From: Candidatus Sumerlaeota bacterium
GTDB taxonomy: Bacteria > Sumerlaeota > Sumerlaeia > MWCT01 > JAUWMI01
Direction of reading: 5' to 3'
Length of the DNA stretch: 64,000 bases
Assembly (NCBI GenBank): GCA_030613245.1
Contig: JAUWMI010000003.1
Location: 1,062 to 65,061 of the forward strand
In this document: in pieces, positions 56,210-64,000 of the stretch
How positions within the stretch are numbered: the first letter of the stretch is position 1
Layout of the letters: each line of letters opens with the position of its first letter
Translations under genes and position numbers: made by a program
The notes under the pieces: generated by a model
Seen by the model: only the letters and a program-made list of their open reading frames with translations
The model's database searches: none
What the model was told of the DNA's origin: nothing

Positions 56210-57883
56210 ATGCGAGGCAAAAGAAAGGGCGTTGTCATCGGCGTGGACGTTGGTACTGCGAGCGTGCGTGCAGGGATTTTTGATCTGCGCGGGAAGATGC
56301 TTGCCAGTGCCACGCATCCGATTGCCGTATTCCGACCAGAAGAGGATTTCGTAGAACAGTCATCGCGGAACATCTGGGCCGGTGTGGGGAAGACAGTGAA
56401 GAAGGCAATGCATGACGCTCAGGTGAGCAGAGATCAGGTGGCAGGGATCGGATTTGACGCTACATGCTCGCTGGTGGTGCTCGATGCAAAGGATCAGCCG
56501 GTTACGATTTCGAAATCTCGCGATCCGGAGCGCAACGTCATAGTCTGGATGGATCATCGCGCAAAGGAGCAGGCCGTGCGAATTAACGCAACAGGGCATT
56601 GCGTACTGAAGTACGTTGGCGGTCAGCTTTCGCCGGAACAGGAGCCGCCGAAACTTCTCTGGATCAAGGAGAATCTTCCCAAAACCTGGGCAAAGGCGGC
56701 AAAATTCATGGATCTGGCCGACTTTCTGACGTACCAGGCGACCAAGAACGATGTGCGCAGCATGTGCACGACGGTATGCAAATGGACGTACCTGAGACAC
56801 GAAGGGCCAAGCGGGAGCTGGGATATGAGTTTTTTCCAGGCTGTGAATCTGGCTGATCTGTTCGAGGGAGATCGGGCAGGCAAGATAGTCAGTCCGCTGG
56901 GTAAACGGGCAGGCGATCTGGCGCCGGATGCAGCCAAAGACCTGGGACTGCGGCCAGGTATCCCGGTGGCTGTGGGTATCATTGATGCGCATGCGGGCGG
57001 GATCGGCGTGCTGGGTATGTCGAAGAAAGGTACGGAAGCGGCTGTGACGCCAGAGGAGCTGGAACAGCGCGTTGCATTGATTGGAGGGACATCGTCGTGT
57101 CATATGGCGGTGTCGCGCAAGCCGAATTTCATCCCCGGCATCTGGGGGCCATACTTCAGTGCGATGGTGCCTGGCCTGTGGCTTACGGAAGGTGGGCAGA
57201 GCGCCACAGGAGCATTGATTGATCATCTGATTGATGGTCACAGTGCCGGTACAGTGCTCCAAAAACGTGCTGTACGCGAGAAGCGGACGGTGTACGAGCT
57301 TCTGAACAACACAGTGAGACGACTTGCCAGGGGTCTTACGTTTCCTGCTCAGCTCACCGGTGAGCTGCACGTGCTCCCGTATTTTCACGGCAATCGGTCG
57401 CCGCGTGCCAATCCGCATCTGAAGGGCATGGTGAGCGGGCTTACTCTGGATAATTCACCTGAGGCGCTGGCGCGAATCTACTATGCAGGTGTCCAGGCTG
57501 TGGCATACGGAACGCGGCATATTATCGAAGAGATGAATAAGGGAGGATATCGCATCAGCCAGATTTACGCATGCGGTGGAGGGACGAAAAATCCACTCTG
57601 GCTGCAGGAGCATGCGGATATTACAGGGTGCGAGATTCTGCTGCCGCACGAGTCCGAGGCGGTACTGCTCGGGTCGGCGATACTCTGCGCTGTGGCGGCA
57701 GGGTGCTTTGAGTCGGTGCTTCACGGCATGCACGCGATGAGCCGCTGCGGCAAAACGATCGCGCCAAATCCGAAAACCCGCACATACCACGATGCAAAGT
57801 ACAATATTTTTCATCGTATGTATGATCACCAGATGGAATACAAGGAGCTCATGAAACCCGGGCAGAAAGCTGGAAATACGTAG
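56210..57883 (+). CDS. FGGY-family carbohydrate (pentulose) kinase, ribulokinase-like.
   Basis: 'VVIGVDVGTASVRAGIFD' N-terminal actin-fold motif and the second FGGY domain 'ACGGGTKNPLWLQEHADITG'. 557 aa. Confidence 0.8.
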   Translation: MRGKRKGVVIGVDVGTASVRAGIFDLRGKMLASATHPIAVFRPEEDFVEQSSRNIWAGVGKTVKKAMHDAQVSRDQVAGIGFDATCSLVVLDAKDQPVTISKSRDPERNVIVWMDHRAKEQAVRINATGHCVLKYVGGQLSPEQEPPKLLWIKENLPKTWAKAAKFMDLADFLTYQATKNDVRSMCTTVCKWTYLRHEGPSGSWDMSFFQAVNLADLFEGDRAGKIVSPLGKRAGDLAPDAAKDLGLRPGIPVAVGIIDAHAGGIGVLGMSKKGTEAAVTPEELEQRVALIGGTSSCHMAVSRKPNFIPGIWGPYFSAMVPGLWLTEGGQSATGALIDHLIDGHSAGTVLQKRAVREKRTVYELLNNTVRRLARGLTFPAQLTGELHVLPYFHGNRSPRANPHLKGMVSGLTLDNSPEALARIYYAGVQAVAYGTRHIIEEMNKGGYRISQIYACGGGTKNPLWLQEHADITGCEILLPHESEAVLLGSAILCAVAAGCFESVLHGMHAMSRCGKTIAPNPKTRTYHDAKYNIFHRMYDHQMEYKELMKPGQKAGNT

Positions 57884-58115
57884 AAAAGCCCGACGCCTTG
57901 GCTTCTTCTATTCGGGAATTGTTAATAATGTAGCGTCTGCCTCAGGCAGGCTATTGGGGAAACTCGAAAAACCAATGCAGAATTCCGTTTCCGCTTGACC
58001 GGATTCCGCATTTGAGAGATTCTTCGGACGATCACACGGCCTCAAGGTGTGAGAAAGAAACCATATAAACCATAGTTATATTGATGTAAGTTCATATCGA
58101 GAGAAAGGAGGGAGT

Positions 58116-59648
58116 ATGGCAATGAAAAAAGAAAAAAATGAAAGAAAAAAAAGGAGACTTACTACAGCTTTTGGAATCCCTGTTGCTGACGACCAGAACA
58201 GTCAAACCGCTGGTCCACGGGGTCCTGTACTAATGCAGGACGTTCACTTGCTGGAGAAGTTAACCCACTTCGACCGTGAGCGCATTCCTGAACGAGTGGT
58301 GCATGCAAAAGGAGCGGGAGCGTACGGCTATTTTGAGGTTACTGCCGATGTGACCAGGTACACCAAAACCAAGTTTCTTTCCGAAGTAGGCAAGCGCACC
58401 GAAGTGTTCTTACGATTTTCCACGGTTGGCGGTGAGCGGGGTTCTGCTGATGCTGCACGAGATCCACGCGGCTTTGCAATCAAATTCTACACGGAAGAAG
58501 GCAATTATGACCTGGCAGGGAACAACACGCCGGTATTCTTTATCCGCGACCCCCTTAAGTTTCCCGACTTTATTCACACTCAGAAGCGGAATCCTGCGAC
58601 CAATCTGCCTGATCCGGATATGTTTTGGGACTTTCTGTCCCTGACACCCGAATCCATTCATCAAGTCACAATCCTTTTCTCCGACAGGGGAACACCAGCT
58701 ACCTTTCGGCACATGAACGGCTACAGTAGCCACACCTTCAAGTGGTACAATGACACGGGCAAGTACTTCTGGGTACAGTACCATTTCAAGACGGATCAGG
58801 GTATCAAGAACCTGACCCGAGAGGAATCGAGGCGTCTTTGCGGCGAAGATCCGGATCACGCCACTCGTGACCTGTATAAGGCCATCGAGCAGGGCGACTA
58901 TCCTTCCTGGACTCTTGAGATGCAGATTCTGACACCAGAGAAGGCCAAGGATTTCCCTTGGGATATCCTTGACATCACCAAAGTCTGGCCACATGGAGAG
59001 GTCCCGCCTATTAAAGTTGGAAAGCTGGTTCTGAACCGGAACCCGGTCAACTATTTTGCAGAAGTGGAACAGGCGGCTTTCTGCCCGGGAAACGTGGTTC
59101 CCGGCATCGCCATCTCACCGGACAAGATGTTGCAAGCGAGGGTTTTTTCTTACCACGATACGCACATTCACCGACTGGGACCCAACTATCATCTGATTCC
59201 AGTTAACGCGCCCAAACACGCTCCTGAAAACAGTTACCAGCGTGACGGGCTCATGCGCGTTGACGCCAACGCGGGTGGCGGACCCAACTACTGGCCGAAT
59301 AGCTTTGGCGGATTTGGGCCGGACCCGACGGCAGGCGAGCCTCCTTTTGAGCTTTCCGGCCAGGCCGGTCGTCACCCCTTCACACATCCAAATGACGACT
59401 TTGTGCAGGCGGGTACCCTCTACCGCAAAGTCATGTCAGACAAGGATCGAGATCACCTCATCGGCAACATTGTGGATCACCTGGGCAAGGCACAGAAACG
59501 CATCCAATTGCGCCAAACCGCCTTGTTCTACAAGGCAGACAAGGAGTACGGCCGCCGCGTAGCAGAAGGAATAGGCCTCGATGTGAATGAAGTCAAGCGA
59601 TTGGCGGATATGTCTCAAGAGGAACGGGCAAAGGCTACCGAGAAGTGA
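58116..59648 (+). CDS. katA: Monofunctional heme catalase.
   Basis: '[25 protein letters not shown]' (distal His region) and '[17 protein letters not shown]' (proximal Tyr region). Confidence 0.92.
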   Translation: MAMKKEKNERKKRRLTTAFGIPVADDQNSQTAGPRGPVLMQDVHLLEKLTHFDRERIPERVVHAKGAGAYGYFEVTADVTRYTKTKFLSEVGKRTEVFLRFSTVGGERGSADAARDPRGFAIKFYTEEGNYDLAGNNTPVFFIRDPLKFPDFIHTQKRNPATNLPDPDMFWDFLSLTPESIHQVTILFSDRGTPATFRHMNGYSSHTFKWYNDTGKYFWVQYHFKTDQGIKNLTREESRRLCGEDPDHATRDLYKAIEQGDYPSWTLEMQILTPEKAKDFPWDILDITKVWPHGEVPPIKVGKLVLNRNPVNYFAEVEQAAFCPGNVVPGIAISPDKMLQARVFSYHDTHIHRLGPNYHLIPVNAPKHAPENSYQRDGLMRVDANAGGGPNYWPNSFGGFGPDPTAGEPPFELSGQAGRHPFTHPNDDFVQAGTLYRKVMSDKDRDHLIGNIVDHLGKAQKRIQLRQTALFYKADKEYGRRVAEGIGLDVNEVKRLADMSQEERAKATEK

Positions 59649-59880
59649 ATCTCGTCTTATCTGTGGAGAGTGATTGTCAGATCTGTTTTTTCAGACAAAT
59701 CGTTACAGATTAGCGCATGAATATTGTCAAATAGCAACCGGCTGCACCAGACCCGCCGCGGCGGGCGGGTCGTCCCTACATTCTGAATTCTTAATGCTAC
59801 TAAGGCGCGTGCGCGTCGTGCCGTCGTGGTTTAATAGTTTTTTTGTCAGGTGCTCTTATTATAATATGGAGGAGGTCAAT

Positions 59881-60618
59881 ATGAAGACCATAACTTTATT
59901 TATGTTTTTCCCGATCATGATGTTCGCATCTTTTTCAGCCGCGCAAAATCAATTTGAGTCTGATACAATCAGCACTTCATCAGGGGATTTGAAAATCACC
60001 TTTGTCGGCCATGGGACTTTGTTATTTCATTTTAATGAAAAGGTAATCCATGTTGATCCAGTCAGTGGATATGCAGACTATTCAAAATTGCCCAAGGCCG
60101 ATATTATTCTTGTCACTCATCATCATGGTGATCACTTTGACAAAAAAGCATTAGAACAGATCAAGACACCGAACACGGATTTGATATTGACAGAAACGTG
60201 CGCTGAACAAATCCAAAACGGTATTGTAATGAAAAATGGTGATGTGAAGACAATTAAAGGAATAAAAGTGAAAGCCGTTCCAGCGTATAACATTGTTCAC
60301 AAAAGAGCGAATGGTGAGCCTTTTCACCCAAAAGGTATTGGTAACGGCTATGTGATAACATTTGGGGATAAGAAAGTATATATCGCTGGAGATACAGAGA
60401 ATGTTCCAGAAATGAAGGAGTTATCTGGAATAGATTGCGCCTTTTTACCGATGAACTTACCTTATACCATGACACCCGAAATGGTTGCTGAGGCAGTCAA
60501 GATGTTTAATCCTAAAATCCTTTATCCATATCATTTCGGAAATACGAACGTAAATGAGCTGGTTGAACTATTAAAAGATAAAAAAGACTGCGAAGTACGC
60601 ATCAGGAAAATGCAGTAG
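59881..60618 (+). CDS. Secreted MBL-fold metallo-hydrolase.
   Basis: Start trimmed to the ATG at 59881 with an RBS (GGAGGAGG). Signal peptide 'MKTITLFMFFPIMMFASFSAAQ'. 'ILVTHHHGDHFD' is the HxHxDH zinc motif. The coding sequence is AT-rich. Confidence 0.75.
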   Translation: MKTITLFMFFPIMMFASFSAAQNQFESDTISTSSGDLKITFVGHGTLLFHFNEKVIHVDPVSGYADYSKLPKADIILVTHHHGDHFDKKALEQIKTPNTDLILTETCAEQIQNGIVMKNGDVKTIKGIKVKAVPAYNIVHKRANGEPFHPKGIGNGYVITFGDKKVYIAGDTENVPEMKELSGIDCAFLPMNLPYTMTPEMVAEAVKMFNPKILYPYHFGNTNVNELVELLKDKKDCEVRIRKMQ

Positions 60619-60737
60619 CTAAATATTAAGGAGGGATTCGGGGACAGGCGACTATTTTTCCCTATCGCTTTTTGAGAATTAGCTTTTGAATATCGTAAAT
60701 AAAAAAGTAGCCTGTCCTTTTTCCAAAAAGTAATTGA

Positions 60738-60765
60738 GTAGGGACAGATTATAATCTGTCCCTAC
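60738..60765. repeat. REP-like palindrome of the GTAGGG...CCCTAC type.
   Basis: GTAGGGACAGAT-tataa-TCTGTCCCTAC, a perfect 12-bp stem. Confidence 0.8.
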
Positions 60766-60786
60766 AATATAGGCCACAGACCACGC

Positions 60787-60910
60787 ATCATGAGTAGTCA
60801 GCTCTTTCTGGCTAGCGTAAGCTCGTGGTGATAATCTTGGAGGGTTTTCAGGGTAGGTTTGGTAGATCGGAGGGCTTTAATGCCCTCAACAGCGGCCTTG
60901 GCGGCGGCTG
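60787..60910 (-). pseudogene. Relic fragment encoding a CarB C-terminus (~40 aa), a divergent duplicate of the carB 3' end.
   Basis: The minus-strand translation '...ISAAAKAAVEGIKALRSTKPTLKLTLQDYHHELTLARKS*' matches the carB C-terminus '...IAAARAAVEGIESLRTTKPTLKALQDYHHELDIARKKCVK*' at 61674-61800. DNA identity is about 75%. Confidence 0.7.
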
Positions 60911-61007
60911 AGATTGGTCGTTAGTCTTCGCATATATCAAAAAAACGGTTGACTCCCGGTTCTGTTATACGTATACTATACGTGTAATAAATAAAGGAGA
61001 ACTGGCG

Positions 61008-61238
61008 ATGCAGAAAAAATTAACCATCACTATTGATGAGGAAGTTTATTTTGGACTGCACAATGTCATAGGTCCAAGAAAAATTAGCAAATTTGTTGAA
61101 AACTTGGTTCGTCCACACGTCGTCAAACATGAGCTCGAATCGGCGTATGCTGAAATGGCGAAAGATAAACATCGGGAAAAGGAAGCTCTGGAATGGGCTG
61201 AGGCCACCTTCGGAGACAGCGCTCATGAAAAGAGGTGA
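61008..61238 (+). CDS. MazE/PemI-like antitoxin.
   Basis: 76 aa ORF immediately upstream of, and overlapping, the MazF/PemK-family toxin gene. The N-terminal '[15 protein letters not shown]' fits a swapped-hairpin/RHH antitoxin. Confidence 0.65.
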   Translation: MQKKLTITIDEEVYFGLHNVIGPRKISKFVENLVRPHVVKHELESAYAEMAKDKHREKEALEWAEATFGDSAHEKR

Positions 61239-61548
61239 AGTGTGGTGGGTAAATTTTGGCCGTTCCATTGGTGGAGAGATTCGCAAGAAACGCCCTGCAG
61301 TAATAGTTAGCAATGATGCCTCCAATAAGTTCCTGAATAGAGTTCAGGTTGTTCCGCTTACCGGTAAAATTGACCGCCTCTATCCCAGTGAAACATATGT
61401 ACTTGTTAATCGTAAACAAAGCAAAGCCATGGCTGATCAATTAGCAACAGTAAGCAAATTACGCCTGTTCAATAAAATTGGCTTTCTTTCGACAGACGAC
61501 ATGCAAAAGGTTGGAGAGGCGCTGAAGATTCAACTTGATCTTAAATAG
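61225..61548 (+). CDS. MazF/PemK-family endoribonuclease toxin.
   Basis: '[46 protein letters not shown]' is the PemK/MazF signature. The start is trimmed to the ATG at 61225, which overlaps the antitoxin stop by 14 nt. Confidence 0.85.
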   Translation: MKRGEVWWVNFGRSIGGEIRKKRPAVIVSNDASNKFLNRVQVVPLTGKIDRLYPSETYVLVNRKQSKAMADQLATVSKLRLFNKIGFLSTDDMQKVGEALKIQLDLK

Positions 61549-61596
61549 AAGCCTAACCAGCGGCTCACGAATTTTTCTGAATTTTTCAAATCCCGT

Positions 61597-61655
61597 TGTA
61601 GGGGCAGGCCTTGTGCCTGCCCTATTATTTTGGGCACGCCGCGGCGTGCCCCTAC
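61597..61655. repeat. Pair of GC-type REP-like hairpins.
   Basis: tGTAGGGGCAGGCcttgtGCCTGCCCtat ... GGGCACGCcgcgGCGTGCCCCTAC. These lie between the mazF stop and the carB stop. Confidence 0.75.
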
Positions 61656-61673
61656 GATTTCATGTTATGTCCT

Positions 61674-64000
61674 TCATTTCACACATTTCTTTCTGGCGAT
61701 GTCCAGCTCGTGGTGGTAATCCTGCAGGGCTTTCAGCGTGGGTTTGGTAGTTCGGAGCGATTCGATACCCTCAACAGCGGCGCGTGCTGCGGCAATAGTG
61801 GTGAGCAGCGTAATGTTGCGGGCAATGGCGTTGCTGCGAATCGCCTTCTGGTCGGCTTTTGAGTCTTTGTCAAGCGGTGTGTTGATGACCATTTGAATCT
61901 CGTTATTGATCATTAAGTCAACGACGTTTGGGCGCCCCTCAGCGATCTTATAGACTATCTGGGTCTGGATGCCGTGGGATTGCAGGAACTCGAGTGTGCC
62001 ACGTGTGGCGTAGAGCCGGAAGCCAAGGGCGTGGAGGCGTTTAGCAATCGGCAGGAAGCGCGGCTTATCCTGGTCGTGGAGGCTGATGAAAATTCCGCCC
62101 TCGAGCGGTAGTGCGGAGTTCGCTGCACTTTGTGATTTGGCAAAAGCTAATCCATAATTCGGGTCTATGCCCATAACTTCGCCTGTTGAACGCATTTCGG
62201 GGCCAAGGATGATATCACATCCTGGAAATTTGGCGAAGGGGAGGACTGCTTCCTTAACTGTGTAGAAGGGGATGCGTGGTTCTTCGGTGAAGCCAAGCTC
62301 CTCAAGCGTTTTTCCTACCATAATGCGGGCTGCCAACCGGGCAATAGGAATACCAATTGATTTGCTCACGTAGGGCACAGTGCGGCTCGCGCGTGGATTG
62401 ACCTCCAGCACGTAGACCTTACCATCCTTCACCGCGTATTGAATATTCATCAGGCCGCGCACGTTTAAACCGCGTCCAAGTGCCTCGGTATACTGACGAA
62501 TGGTCTGGAGGATCTCGGGCGACAGGGAGCGCGGCGGAATCACGCACGCGCTATCGCCCGAGTGAATTCCCGCCTGCTCGATGTGTTCCATAATTGCGCA
62601 GATCACCACGCGATTTCCGTCTGCCAGGGCGTCAACATCCATCTCGATTGCTTCGTCGAGAAATTTGTCAATCAGAATGGGATGCTCTGGCGATACTTCT
62701 CCCGCCTCTTTCATAAATACGCGCAGCTGCGCATCGTCATAAACAATCTCCATGGCGCGTCCACCGAGCACGTAGGATGGACGAACCATCAGGGGGTAGC
62801 CGATTGAATGTGCAATTCCCTCGATCTCTTCGTAGGTATACCCAGCACTATTGGGTGCCTGGGGAATGCCGAGCTGGGCAAGCAACGCTCCGAAGCGTTT
62901 GCGATCTTCCGCGAGGTCAATACTTTCGGGTGAAGTGCCCAGGATGTTCACGCCTGCAGCCTCCAGGAACTTTGCCAGATTCAGCGGTGTCTGACCGCCG
63001 AATTGGACAATCACGCCGAATGGCTGCTCGTTCTCGATGATGTGGAGTACGTCCTCTGTGGTCAGGGGCTCGAAGTAGAGCTTGTCGGCGGTGTCGTAGT
63101 CGGTGCTTACGGTTTCAGGATTGCTGTTTATCATTATGGTTTCATAGCCATCTTTCTTAAGAGCGATCACTGCCTGGACGCAGCAGTAGTCAAACTCAAT
63201 GCCCTGGCCGATGCGATTTGGCCCTCCGCCAAGAATGATGATCTTTTTTTTGTCAGAGGGATGCGATTCGTTGGTCTGGTCATAGGCCGAGTAGAAGTAG
63301 GGCGTCTGGGCCAGGAATTCACCTGCGCAGGTGTCAACGGCTTTGAAGACCGGTCGAATGCCCAGATGCTTGCGGAGGCGGCACACCTGCGCTTCGGTCG
63401 TGTGCGTGAGGTGGGCAATTTGGCGGTCGGAGAACCCGTTCTGTTTGGCTTTGCGGAGCAGCTTCGCACAGAATTCGCGCTCCTCCTGCTCGCCGGGCTG
63501 AGGAGCAGCGGACTCTGGTTGGTCTAGTTTGTCAAGACATCCGACCAGGAACGATGAAGTCTTCACCTGGTTTTCGACCTCAATTATTTCACGGATGTTC
63601 TCGATAAACCAGGGATCGATGCCGGTGAGGTTTGCTATTTCGTCAATGGAGAGCCCTTCGTAGAGGGCGTACTTGACGTAAAAGATGCGTTCGGGATGGG
63701 GAGTATTCAGGCGACGAATGAGTCGTTCGCGATTGAACTTGTCCTTCCCGTCGGCACCCAGGCCATAGCGGCCAATTTCAAGGGAGCGGAGGCCTTTTTG
63801 CAAGGCTTCCTTGAACGTGCGGCCAATGCTCATAGTTTCGCCGACGGATTTCATCTGCGTGCCAAGGGTAGGATCTGAGCCCGGGAATTTCTCGAATGTA
63901 AATCGCGGTATTTTCACCACACAGTAGTCAATAGTCGGCTCGAAGCATGCTGGCGTCTTTTTTGTGATATCGTTCGGCAGCTCATCGAGGCGATAGCCGA
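61674..64000 (-). CDS. carB: Carbamoyl-phosphate synthase large subunit, partial (N-terminal ~300 aa lie beyond the window edge).
   Basis: Strong matches throughout ('KIPRFTFEKFPGSDPTLGTQMKSVGE', second ATP-grasp domain, MGS-like C-terminus). The ORF continues upstream of the first Met through to position 64000 without a stop ('GYRLDELPNDITKKTPACFEPTIDYCV' matches the CarB oligomerisation domain). Confidence 0.95.
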   Translation of the reverse strand, partial: GYRLDELPNDITKKTPACFEPTIDYCVVKIPRFTFEKFPGSDPTLGTQMKSVGETMSIGRTFKEALQKGLRSLEIGRYGLGADGKDKFNRERLIRRLNTPHPERIFYVKYALYEGLSIDEIANLTGIDPWFIENIREIIEVENQVKTSSFLVGCLDKLDQPESAAPQPGEQEEREFCAKLLRKAKQNGFSDRQIAHLTHTTEAQVCRLRKHLGIRPVFKAVDTCAGEFLAQTPYFYSAYDQTNESHPSDKKKIIILGGGPNRIGQGIEFDYCCVQAVIALKKDGYETIMINSNPETVSTDYDTADKLYFEPLTTEDVLHIIENEQPFGVIVQFGGQTPLNLAKFLEAAGVNILGTSPESIDLAEDRKRFGALLAQLGIPQAPNSAGYTYEEIEGIAHSIGYPLMVRPSYVLGGRAMEIVYDDAQLRVFMKEAGEVSPEHPILIDKFLDEAIEMDVDALADGNRVVICAIMEHIEQAGIHSGDSACVIPPRSLSPEILQTIRQYTEALGRGLNVRGLMNIQYAVKDGKVYVLEVNPRASRTVPYVSKSIGIPIARLAARIMVGKTLEELGFTEEPRIPFYTVKEAVLPFAKFPGCDIILGPEMRSTGEVMGIDPNYGLAFAKSQSAANSALPLEGGIFISLHDQDKPRFLPIAKRLHALGFRLYATRGTLEFLQSHGIQTQIVYKIAEGRPNVVDLMINNEIQMVINTPLDKDSKADQKAIRSNAIARNITLLTTIAAARAAVEGIESLRTTKPTLKALQDYHHELDIARKKCVK

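Noticed and set aside
56015-56317. N-terminal 101-codon extension of the CoxM-like ORF.
   Set aside because: It is low-complexity and basic, with no FAD-subunit homology. An internal ATG at 56014 gives the canonical subunit length.
59674-59880. 69-codon N-terminal extension of the MBL hydrolase ORF.
   Set aside because: A signal peptide and RBS are present at the internal ATG (59881). The extension overlaps the 42-bp shared motif and palindromes, so it is non-coding.
61093-61224. Upstream extension of the mazF ORF.
   Set aside because: It lies fully inside the mazE coding region in another frame. MazF homology starts at MKRGEVWWV (61225).

Overview
This 64-kb window looks like a bacterial chromosome of roughly 55% GC. 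Housekeeping blocks alternate with accessory, repeat-rich stretches. I could not identify any rRNA, tRNA or CRISPR array.

Housekeeping genes that are well supported:
- a partial URO-D-family gene at the left edge
- a NifU-like Fe-S scaffold protein
- uracil-DNA glycosylase family 4
- the pilT retraction ATPase
- the coaBC, gmk and yicC-family cluster
- xseB and dxs
- a tlyA-like rRNA methyltransferase and nadK
- an FHA-GAF sigma-54 activator
- a coxMSL-type molybdo-oxidoreductase operon with a MoaD-like gene
- an FGGY kinase and a catalase
- carB, partial at the right edge

A GspG-like pseudopilin family is expanded. Two copies are canonical (5072 and 50878). Two more sit in a minus-strand operon with two paralogous beta-helix secreted proteins, and those two have lost the prepilin cleavage motif.

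There are many large hypothetical, TPR and membrane glycosyltransferase proteins. This profile is reminiscent of PVC-superphylum or Omnitrophota-like genomes, but I cannot assign the lineage with confidence.

Accessory and unusual content:
- a REP-like palindrome family (GTAGGGGC..GCCCCTAC) with an adjacent RAYT-like HuH transposase
- a toxin-antitoxin-like nucleotidyltransferase locus flanked by ~190-bp composite repeats
- an AT-poor to AT-rich island of hypothetical genes (28.4-33.7 kb) with HEPN-like and nuclease-like motifs
- a ~540-bp minisatellite upstream of xseB
- a mazEF cassette apparently integrated into the 3' end of carB, leaving a displaced carB C-terminal relic
- a response regulator with a Cys-rich zinc-ribbon insert and a degenerate GGDEF domain
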